NCBI GenBank assembly: GCA_047495785.1
Contig: JBLDXI010000017.1
Coordinates: 2,294,001 to 2,358,000, forward strand
Direction: 5' to 3'
Length of the DNA: 64,000 bases
Source: Lepidodermella squamata
Lineage: Eukaryota; Animalia; Gastrotricha
The notes beneath the pieces are model-generated. The model had not been told where the DNA came from and did no database searches. It worked only from the letters and a program-made list of their open reading frames with translations. Each line of letters starts with the position of its first letter. Position 1 is the first letter of the stretch. Below, piece after piece: positions 11,287 through 21,362 of the stretch. The position numbers and the translations under genes are program-made.

Positions 11287-12849
11287 AGAATAAACAATTT
11301 ACAAGTTGATTGATGTCAAAATGTGTCTTCAGCTTCACCCCATTTATCGGATGTCATGAAAATTGAACATAAGCAATGAAGAAAATACCTATCTAACTAT
11401 TAGTACCTCAAATCACTATACCGAAGTTGTTGAAGTCTGATGTCTGGGGCTTTAAAATAACAGATGTTCATGTTCATCGATTGCCCTTACAATCAAATAT
11501 TCGAGCATTGAGCATTGAGCGGCTAGAATAAAGGTATCTCCACGCTTCTTCGGGAATTCTTGAATTACACCTGATTTTCTCACACGGCTGAGTGATAAAG
11601 CAAATTAAATTCAACTAACCGAAGTAAAACGTGAGCTTCCAAACTTCGAATGTCAACCTTTGCCCTTATCAGGGAAGCTCAGTTGAATGTTTCGAATCTT
11701 CCAGGTATCATAACGGGATTTAGTATAAGATACTTAGTTCCTTTCAAATTTAAATTAAACCAGCAGAGATCACGGGAGGTAGCTAAGAGCGAAGAGTATT
11801 TCTCTTTGAGCTTAAAACTTTGGTGTGACGACAAAGGAGAACAAATTGGCATATAGCATTCGTCGGCAACAGCTTCTATCAACTGCAAGTATGAAATGTT
11901 CGGTCTCGAGTCTTGAATAGCCGTTAGCTGTCAGTCTCCTCTTTGAAGCGTGAAGCGTCTAGTCAAACGTCACGAGTGTCACTCGATCGATCACTTTTGC
12001 GGGTCACTCTTTTAGAAGCGCCTATGGAGACAATTAGGCTGGTGAAGGACGAAAATTAAAATTGCAAAAATTGTTTCCTGAGTTTTAAGAAATAAATCTG
12101 AACTATTTTTATTGATAATAACCCTGCCATTGAAAGGAAAATCCTGTGAGCACCCCGCGCACTCGAAAATCTTGGCGCTCAGCTGAGCGCGGCGTGAGGC
12201 GCGGGCACTTTAGCGCTAGCAGTACCCGCCTCTACCTGCTGGTTGTCCGGATGCTGCCTACAACTGTCTACCAAGCCCGGGGAGCTACAGTAAGTGCTGT
12301 TGCGAACAATACATCGATTCATTCATTTTCACTGACAGTCGAATCTCTCAAAAGATTCTTCAAGAATTCTTGAACCGATTCAGATATTTTGAGACCGCAA
12401 TTATCACAAAATAAGCTGAGCTGAAAAACAGAGGCGAAACACGTTGGGACAGTTGTTAGCTATCTAGGAGGCAGTGCCATGGCACCAGAAGCGCCCCGAA
12501 AACCGGAATTACGTTTCAAATCTAAATTAAAGCTCAGTTTAAGTAAATCAAACGCTTTCAAACTCATTTGGAAGATATTTAGAGATAACAAATGAACGCT
12601 GCTATAGAATATACTGGAGGATTTTTAAATGGTAGAGAATGCTTTAAAAGCTGTTAAGTTTAATGAAATTGGTGTTGTGCCAAATCGCCGACCTGATGAA
12701 CGTCGCTTATCAGGAATGCGAACTCTTTATTCACACGAAATTGGATATCTCCGGCTAAACAACAAGCCTGTAATGTACTCTAACGTGACATGTAATAAGT
12801 AAATAGCGAAATCCACATGCAAGACTGCTGAGTCCAATGCTTTAGTGAG

Positions 12850-12922
12850 ATGCCTTAGGGGCGTCGAGAAGCGCGGGTTCGATTTGGGGGTCGACTTTAC
12901 CGCGTTTCTGTCATATAGGCGC
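12850..12922 (-). promoter_or_regulatory. SECIS element (type 2-like) in the 3' UTR of SelW-like copy 2
   Basis: Minus strand GCCT-AT-ATGAC-AGAAACGCGG-TAAA-GTCGA-CCCCCAAA-TCGA-AC-CCGCGCTTCT-CGAC...AGGC: core, 10-bp helix with one mismatch, AAA bulge and apical mini-stem. Confidence 0.85.
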
Positions 12923-12978
12923 CACCGAAAGCATATTTGTTTGCAACAGCAGATGTTGGATTTCTCGCCTACTGTGTC

Positions 12979-13507
12979 CTATTGCGAACAGCAGCCATTG
13001 GATTTCCGGGTTTTCACCACAGCCACACTCTTCCGCTTGGCATCGTCTATCGGCTTGGTAATTTTTTCGAACTCGCCAGGCGCATCCATGGGTACAGTTC
13101 CCTATTTTTTGAACTATAATTACAAATGCTGAAACACGAGCGTAACTTACGTCAATAACTTGAACTAGTTCACCTTCAACCTTGACTTCTATCTTGCCGG
13201 TCTTCTCCGTGGTCTTTTCACCAGTCTTTGAATGGCAAAAATATAATTTCGGGGGAAAAGTCTAACATATTAACTCTTACTATCGAAACATCTTCCCCAT
13301 AGATGTTCGACAACTTGCTACTCAATTCGAGGTAAGCCTAGATAGAAAATCACGAGGTCAATTCAAAAGGATAAAGCGTAGCGCCTTACTATCTCGAATC
13401 CGGATCATCTACCTCTGTTTTCAAAAAAGAACACGTTTGTTACGTTATGAGTAAGAAGCGCCTTGAATTATTCCATACCAATAAATGAAGTGAACTTTGA
13501 CCGGCAT
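12979..13507 (-). CDS. SelW/Rdx-family selenoprotein paralogue with predicted UxxU motif and C-terminal CaaX-like tail, 5 exons, 102 aa
   Basis: Exons 13507-13479, 13414-13390, 13337-13281, 13225-13151, 13101-12979 give MPVKVHFIYUGRUSGFEIAYLELSSKLSNIYGEDVSITGEKTTEKTGKIEVKVEGELVQVIDGTVPMDAPGEFEKITKPIDDAKRKSVAVVKTRKSNGCCSQ. Exon 1 and 2 lengths (29, 25 nt) equal those of the SelW at 9771-10198. SECIS present. Confidence 0.85.
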
Positions 13508-13836
13508 CTTGGCGATTTCGGTTAGGTGTTTTTGTTTTCTGGAGAAGGTTGAAATATAGCAGCGTTGTATTTTCACCGATAGAGCGATTGTAGGGCAAAT
13601 AAAAAGCCAGTGGAAAAAACAATGTCATATTTTATTTAGGTATTTCACATTTCAGCATGGAATATATCAATTTTTCAACACAAAAATGAAGCTTGACCAG
13701 AATGTTCATGAATTTTTAACCGAACGTGCGACTTTTGGCTATGAAATATAATTTAAATTATGCAGTTCGAAAAAATTCGAAAGAGACAGCAGGGCAGCAG
13801 AGAGATAGACGGCAACAATACGGTATGCGTCAGTTT

Positions 13837-15149
13837 TCACTTAGTGAGTTGAGCTGCGCCATTGGGAGTAGCCGGTTGGTCGCGCTGGCAATATTTCAAC
13901 CTGCACAGGAACGCATCGACGAAAAAACCGACGACAAAGTGCAAAAATCCAGTGGTCGCAAAAACACCGCCAATAATGCCACACAACCGGACGATGAACT
14001 GCCAGTACGGCTTGTGATATTGCTGTATTTTCACGGCGAGCGGGGAGAAATCGTACTTAATAAAAATACCCGGTACACCGTGGCTGCCTTCATGGTGATC
14101 AATCACTCGTTCCATTTCAGTGACAGCCATCTGAAATGTTTGCGCGTCATTTGCGTGAATCGTATCAACTTGCGTAGGGATGACTTTCAGAAGATACTGA
14201 TACATAACAGCTTCACTGTTCGCTATTTTTTCATCGCCATCCAACGGATGAACCATGCCAGGGACAGGGGTTCCGAACGACAGGTGATGGATTCGGTGGC
14301 TAAAATTAACAGGGGCAGGCTGTCCGCCTAAAATAATGCCGCCACCACCAATTGGCATCATCAGCTGCATGTGAGCTGCAAGAACAAGTATGTTATATCA
14401 CCTATTTCGTATTCGACAGTTCACCTACCATGGCCGAATGGGAACATATTCATCGATTTCCCAGCAATAATATGGAGATTACCGGCAATTTTGTTTAGCG
14501 TGAAGAAGCCGTGGATTCGGCAGCCATCTTTCGGCCGTTCAGCATCAAAAGGAAGATCGCGCCGGTCTGTTAAATGCTCGGTTGCCTGTTTTTGGTTGAA
14601 ACCCTGTCGCCAGAACACGTCATGGAGGGCGTGATGCTCCCTTCGGACGTATTCAGCCATCTGTGAGATCATTTCCCATTGCATGCGCTCATGACGCGTC
14701 ATTGTGAACGAAACAGGCTCTTCGACTATTTGATCTTCGCCGGCAATGGTCGACGATTCAGTCACATCGACAATATCAGCGCCAATAGCTAGAAACAAAA
14801 ACAGAGCAATTACCAAGCCATTTCTAAATTGTCACCTTTTGAAAATGGAAAACTTACATTCGCATTTTGCAGCGACGGTTATATCAATATTCAGTCGAAT
14901 TCTTCGGTTATACTCTGTATCAACTGAATAGCTGTAGCGCATTTCTGAATGCAGGTAAGATCGAAATTCAAGAAAGACCAAGAATGCGATGACAAGAAAA
15001 GTCGCGATTGAAACCCCGCCACCGCTGCTTGTCTGCTCTTTGACATCGTCTGCGACTTTCGGAAACGCGTCGAGCGACTTCACGGCCTCGGCAGGGCGCA
15101 ATTTGCGCTGCCGAAGCATTGAATCTCCACCGCCGGGTAGAACACTCAT
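13837..15149 (-). CDS. ERGIC2: ER-Golgi intermediate compartment protein 2 (Erv41), 3 exons
   Basis: VKSLDAFPKV...SSGGGVS; GCRIHGFFTLNKIAGNLHIIAG; NFSHRIHHLSFG..HPLDG; GVPGIFIKYDFSPL..RLCGIIGGVFATTG. Confidence 0.92.
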
Positions 15150-15210
15150 TTTTCAATAAATTATAAAAACGACACTAAATGAAAAGTTAAAATAATTAGT
15201 TTTCAACATG

Positions 15211-18200
15211 TTATTTAGAGCGATATAAATCTAGCCGCGCTTTAGAACGATCGAAACCTAAAATTTGAATAACTTCTCCAACTGGAAGACCATTCGTCCG
15301 ATCGGTAAGAGCTAGCCTTAGTTCTCTCATAACATGGCCGAATTCAAGAGAATTTTCTTTTGCGAATGACCTCAGCCGCGTTGAAAGATTATTGAATCCA
15401 TCTTTTTCCTCGAAAGAACCCAATACCAATGCGACTAGTTGCGCTTTCAATGGAGCAGGTATAGGACTAGACGAAACCTTAGAATCAATGCCAGGCTTCA
15501 ACCAAATGAATCGGTATTCCTCCGCCAATAGGTCGCGGAAAGATCGAAGCCGATGACTGAAGTAAACAGATAACAAATGACGTAGAAAATCTGAGCCAAT
15601 CGAAGACGGCTCGAAATTAGGAAGGGACCCAAAATTGGCTTTCACAAGTTCGGCACTTTCCGCAACTGCTTCACTCAAGTTTCGTGTCAAATACAACCGC
15701 ATCATATCGCGATTCAAATCATGCAATCTGTCCAAATCCACCTGAAAAATTAGATATTTAAAGGTTGCATCAACAACTCAGGTGATAATATATGAGATTC
15801 TTATTCGGCACCATTCGGCACCATTCGGCACCCTTCGGCACCCTTCGGCACCCGTCGGCACCCTTCGGCACCATCTGCCTTAATTAGCGCTTAAACACCG
15901 CGGCAAGACAGCAGTGCGCGCATATTATTACGCAAGAATATTACTTATCTAATGCGTTTCGCTTGCATTTACATACATGTACAAATATATAAGTACAAGC
16001 AACATTTTTGCGCTGTTTAGCGCTTTTTTCCAATCTAAGCACGCGTATTTTGTTACGAACAAAGGCGCGCAGTAATCGCCGGTTACGACATAGGTAGCCA
16101 GTTACGGCATAATTAGCAGGTTACGGCAACTCGCTATTCTCAAAGCAGGGAATAACAGCCGTTATGTATAGCGCATTATTTGAATTTTGCAAATATTCCT
16201 TCCGTTTTGAAATACACGCGGTTTTTACCTGCTGTGAAACAGTGCGATATTCAACCCATTCCATCCTAATTTCACGATTATCGTTCATTTTATCAAAAGC
16301 CTGTCCATAAAATTTTTCCGCGCTGACGTTACCATCTTGGGTCCCTAGATGCTGCATATACTCCTAGCGTATAACAAATTTATCTTTCCATTCATTATTG
16401 AGCAGTGTTTTCATGAGACGTAAAATGAGACGTCGCGGCTCGGCACAAGAAGAGGGATTTTTTATAAATTTTGCGATCTTGAGCTTTCATCAAAATCATC
16501 TTTGAGGGATTGCGGGCTTCGAAGCCGCAGCGCCTATCTAGAGTATACGTCTCATGATTTTTGTCTGGCCCATGCTATCACCTATCACTATCTTTTTGAA
16601 TGGTTTCACAATCGCTGCACATTTTTTCTCATTTTATGATGCGCTAACCGTTATCGTTTCAGTAGCAATTTTTTTTCCTCCGAGCCTTGCCCAAGTCTCG
16701 TCATTATACATCTTCTTACTTAAATTTGATCGTAAAACTGTAGGTATTGCTCTACATCGATAGCAGACTTAACATATCAAAGCAAGCTCTGATTTTCATG
16801 ATTCAGGAAATTAAAGGAACATTCACTGGGTAGTTTATGGCCGCCAACCGTCTAGTTGGGTGCAGCAAGAAATCCTCACTGCAAAAATACTCGTTCGAGC
16901 GCCCTCTAAGATTCTGAAAAGTGCTATCTTTGGTATCTTCACTTTGTGCGATTGAAGTTGTAGGAAAAGTTATTTTTGCGTTAGTTATAATGTTGCTCCT
17001 ACTAAAACTATGTGTCACTACAACTCTTGGTTGGTTCTAGGTTGGAACGCGGTGCGGAATGAGAGTGGCGGATTGATTTCGCCTCTGATATCTAGAAGAA
17101 TTGAATGTCCGCTAAAGCACACTTGATTAATTATTAAAGAATCCGTTTCGTCCCATTGCAAGCTGAATGAGCCACTTCTATACCCGAGCCATAGTTGAAA
17201 TTTTATGCGAAAAACGGTATTCTGGTTGCCAGTGCAATATTTCAAAAGGGAGGAAGTAATTAGTTGGCAGATTCAAAGCTCTAAAATTTGGCATCGTTTA
17301 GGTCGGCGATAGTAAGGGTGCCATCCCAATATACGTTACTCATGGAAGAATGGACCCATTTGTGGCAGAATTCATTAAAAGATACCGCTTCTCCCGCCAA
17401 AAACGTGAGGACGCGAAGCCTAAATCCTTTCCTGTAAGAAAGGCAATGAAGTTAGATATCAGTTCAATTGCTATGCCAAGCGCTTTTATGTGAAAGATTC
17501 CTGATTCACCACAAGCCACATCCTTGACCAGACCGGCAGGAGAATTTGCTCAGGTTTTGCAAGCAAAGACGCGAGATTCTAACGACATTTCGTAAAATCA
17601 TGTTTATCAGAAGCTAGCCCCGCAAAAGAAATTATTATTCAAAAAAGTAATGCCGAGCCTTTAGCAGCTTCGAGCTACATCAGCATTCGGTGCTCTGTGA
17701 TAGCGCTTGTATTTCAAAAATGAATAATAAAATGAAGGTTCCAACCATGGCTCTAAGCACGCCTTTCCTGATTGATTTTAATAAAATAAAATAAAATGCA
17801 AATAGTACGCTGATGACATGACCTCTTGCCATTTTACCTATCTTTTTCAGTCAAATACTAACGTTGCAGAAGTGTATAAATAAAAAACGGTACTAAATAA
17901 ACAACAGTCTAACTTCTTCCCCACCTTTTAAAGATATTTTTAGCACTACATACCGTTGTTTCGTCGAATAACGCAGTAAATTTGAAGATTCTACTTTCCG
18001 TGCCAAAAAATAAAAAAATCTGCCTACGAATTATCTAACTGATATTACTCTAGCGAACTGCGAGCCGATTTTATCAATCCGAAATTTTCTCTTGGCTAAA
18101 GACGGTAAATCTAAGCAATCTTCAACTGAATCAGCCACGTGACCGCCCATTTGGAGAACAAAACAATTTAGTGCCTGTGGGAACATCCCGTCTTTGCGAA

Positions 18201-19059
18201 GACTCGCAACTGATAAATCGTTCTGCCGCTTGGATAATTTAGTGCCATCATTGTTGAGCAGAAGAGGCAAATGGGCGTAAGCTGGTGGTTTCCAGCCGAA
18301 AGCTTCGAACATTAGCAAGTGTTTCGGAGTTGAGGTTTGCCATTCAGCACCCCTTAACACATGACTTATTTCCATTTCGTGATCGTCTATTACGTTAGCC
18401 AAGTGATATGTCGGGAATCCATCTCGTTTCAAAACAATGGGATCGCCTTCGACGTCAGCAACATTATGCGTGATATTACCGTAAATAAGGTCATGCCATG
18501 GTTCGGTAAAATCCCTCAGTTTGAAGCGGATCACATGCTCATCGCCGGCCTTGATTCTGTTGCTAATTTCGCTTGGTGTAAGAGATCTTCGATCGAGCAA
18601 AAATAGTATTAATGATGTTTAGAGGGTATATAAGTATCAAGAATACCTGCATCTATTGTCGTATCGGGGAACCTCACGTCGCCGAAGAGCTTCTTTTCTC
18701 ATCAAATCTAACGTCTTTTCCGAGCAAAAGCACCGATATCCAGCGCCTTTTTCAACTAATATTTGAGCGTACTTGTTATAAAGTTCCAAACGTTTAGACT
18801 GTACATAAGGGCCATAAGAGCCACCTTGAAATGGACCTTCGTCAGGTTCAATTCCTAACCACTTTAGGTCGGTATTTAAGCTTTCAACTGCTCCTGGAAC
18901 GAGTCTTTGCTGATCAGTATCTTCGATTCTCAATATAAATCGGCCATCATTTTTAGGAGCAGAGCGGGAAAACATATAGTTGTAAAGCGCTGTTCTTAGG
19001 CTACCGAGGTGCATTGTTCCAGTTGGACTGGGAGCGAATCTTACGCGAACTGGTCTCAT
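15211..19059 (-). CDS. EARS2: Mitochondrial-type glutamyl-tRNA synthetase, 3 exons (2.3 kb intron 15742-18048)
   Basis: [23 protein letters not shown] (HIGH), [36 protein letters not shown] (KMSKS); C-terminal anticodon-binding LRLALTD..GLPV. Confidence 0.92.
15803..15872. repeat. 10-bp tandem repeat (consensus TTCGGCACCM) x7 inside the large EARS2 intron
   Basis: attcggcacc attcggcacc attcggcacc cttcggcacc cttcggcacc cgtcggcacc cttcggcacc. Confidence 0.9.
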
Positions 19060-19244
19060 GGCTTTTCTTTCTTGGAAGCCTCCAACTCTTCTTTAGTTTT
19101 CTTGCGAGATAGAATAGGTCGAGCGCCGTATCGTTTTTTCAAGTCTTCCGGGTCAGGCAAGACTGCAATAGTCATCAAATAACCAGCCACTGATATGCTG
19201 ACGCACCAAAAAAGTCCAACAGCCCAGCCTCGCACGTTAGCCAT
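19056..19244 (-). CDS. Small single-pass membrane protein (62 aa), UQCC3/Cbp4-like
   Basis: [39 protein letters not shown]...: hydrophobic helix with GY, then P-x-P-E-D-L-K-K, a pattern resembling Cbp4/UQCC3. Preceded by a ttttag acceptor; stop overlaps the EARS2 ATG. Confidence 0.55.
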   Translation of the reverse strand: MANVRGWAVGLFWCVSISVAGYLMTIAVLPDPEDLKKRYGARPILSRKKTKEELEASKKEKP

Positions 19245-19396
19245 CAAATCAAAAAAGAAAACATTAAGCTTTCTAAAAGTCAAATTAAGTTTTCATTTGA
19301 TGTGAGAAGGCAACCCAATGTTTAATTCATATCCGAATCCACAACCCGGTTAGAAAGACAAATAATTCTGTAATCGTGCAAACGGTTAAATTAATA

Positions 19397-19975
19397 TTAA
19401 ACTGGCAAAACTGAATTAGCAGCTCTCTTGCAAAATATTGTTGCCACCTTTGACACAAACTGAATTCCGAATCGACCACCTGGAACAAAAGAGGCCCAGT
19501 ACCACATGAGACTGACGAGCTGAAGGCAAGCAGCAATGATTGTCATCGATGTACTTTCAAGAGACATGGCGGCATAAATTGTGAATCCCAGGGAGAATAA
19601 GTAAGCGGTGGAACATAGCCAAGTCTCCGAGGATAAATGGCGCTTGAAATGCTCCCATGGTCCTCTAAGAGCGGCAAAACTCGCGATGAAAAAGCAACTT
19701 CCAAGCGTGAATAACGCGACAAATTTCCGCGCCCTCAGGATAAGCACAGGTATATAGAATGTCGATAAAAAGAAGCAGAACAACGAGAGTGATAGAAATA
19801 AGATGAATCCCAAAATGCGTTGTTTGTGACTCAACTCAGGAATATAAGATCCGGTGCTAGTATCCGACTGAGATTCTGCTGGAGACTTTTCTGCCTGGCG
19901 GGAAGCGAATAGCGCGTTCAATTTTTCCCGAAGATCGCCGCTAGACTGCTGAGCCGGTTGAGCACTACCGAACAT
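19397..19975 (-). CDS. SFT2D3: Vesicle transport protein SFT2C-like
   Basis: LSHKQRILGF...YIPVLILRARKFVALFTLGS...WYWASFVPGGRFG; four predicted TM segments; single exon. Confidence 0.85.
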   Translation of the reverse strand: MFGSAQPAQQSSGDLREKLNALFASRQAEKSPAESQSDTSTGSYIPELSHKQRILGFILFLSLSLFCFFLSTFYIPVLILRARKFVALFTLGSCFFIASFAALRGPWEHFKRHLSSETWLCSTAYLFSLGFTIYAAMSLESTSMTIIAACLQLVSLMWYWASFVPGGRFGIQFVSKVATIFCKRAANSVLPV

Positions 19976-20186
19976 CTTTATTGTAAGAGATATGCTATCT
20001 AAATAGTTGAAATTTTAACAATCAAGTTATGGGCAAAGTATGTGAGCAAACATGGAATTTCTGCTAGCTAAAATCTAACAGATCAAAAAATCTCCTAGCT
20101 GTTTCAAACCACATAAAAAACCAGTCTAGAAAAACGAGAAGCTTCATATAGCCCGTAGCATACTTAATTTGCCGTCTTTCGTCATT

Positions 20187-20392
20187 CGCCGTTTCCAATT
20201 TCGTTGGTAGAAGTGCGCTCTCAGAGGGATCGCTATCAGACGGTGAAGATTAAGGTTAAGGCTAGGCTTAGGCTTAGTTTTAGGATTAGGGTAAGGTTGG
20301 GAGGTGGGGTGCCCTCTGAGCCATCTGAGAGGGAGCCCTCTGATAGCGATGCTCTCTGTGAGCGCACTTCTACCAACGAAATTGGAGGAGGC
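20187..20392. mobile_element. MITE-like element, copy 2 (inverted relative to copy 1), degenerate TTAGGG/TTAGGC core
   Basis: TCCAATTTCGTTGGTAGAAGTGCGCTC ... GAGCGCACTTCTACCAACGAAATTGGA; the interior is the diverged reverse complement of 11115-11250. Confidence 0.8.
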
Positions 20393-21362
20393 TGTCATTC
20401 ATCCCCTGGGTCTGCTTAGGCATCCGCGGCCGGTGGCTTGTTCAAGTATCAGGCAATGATGAGCAAGATGATCTGGCAATGCTTTGGCGTAGCCTCTCTG
20501 GTGAGCCCTGCCACACTAATCTCACTCAGAGACATGGAACATGGGCATGGTTACTGAAATCTGACACGATACATGATACATCGGTTACTCATCGCACGTC
20601 GCGCGGACTGTTTTTCAGTCTCCCCAAGAGCGCCAAGCCTACAATCCGGCGAAGCTACGTGGCGATTCTCCATAAAATAGTTTCTTTCAGAGCTAATGCA
20701 GAAAAAGCATGAGGCATGTCAGTGCTGTTCTGGAACCTAAATCGAACCCTAAACTGCTTTTCAGGACCACAGCTACTCAGCAAGCAAGCGTACCTGGCAA
20801 CATCAGGTTCCAAACCTTTCATTCATTATTCAACTTTATTTAAATCTAAAATGTTCAGTATTTTTTGAGAAGCAAAAATAAATTTATCTTGCATACGACT
20901 TATTTTATTTTAATTATTTTACCGTTGGTCGGCTAGGCTTCGGGTTGCAGCTGCGGGACGCGGTGGGTGTGACGTGTGTTCTGCGCGTGATGATCGCAGG
21001 TGCCGAATTCCGAATCTGGCCTTTAGCCTTCCCTCTCCCATTTCCTCTCGACCATTGACTCTTCCTCCTAATTCTTACTCTTACTATAGATATACTCCTA
21101 ATCCCCAAAATTATTGCCTCACCTTGAAAACGAGAAATTCCCCTGAAAAGTTGGCTGAAGGCTGATGTCGCCTTAAAGCGTGTGTTATTGAATCCTTTGA
21201 AGGAAAATCCTATGTGATTGAAACGCGGCTCTCAAATTACTAATCTGATATGCATTTTGTAGGAATTTCCCTTCACTCTTTCTCAGTATTTTCTATTTTG
21301 ACGATTTTGATGTCGCCTCACTTTTGAATTAGGCTTTGTTGTTTTAATAATTTTAACCAAAC

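Noticed and set aside
12692-12735. Hammerhead ribozyme core CTGATGA
   Set aside because: Forms a simple CCTGAT/ATCAGG hairpin; no correctly placed GAAA or three-stem junction.
12979-13507. Pseudogene reading of the double-TGA SelW copy
   Set aside because: Both TGAs fall exactly at the redox-motif positions, all splice sites and the frame are intact, and the SECIS retains pairing. Not formally excluded without expression data.
15803-15872. CRISPR-like array
   Set aside because: Contiguous 10-mers without spacers, in a eukaryotic intron.
20456-20565. Possible C/D snoRNA (ATGATGA ... CTGA)
   Set aside because: No terminal stem or recognisable rRNA-complementary guide.
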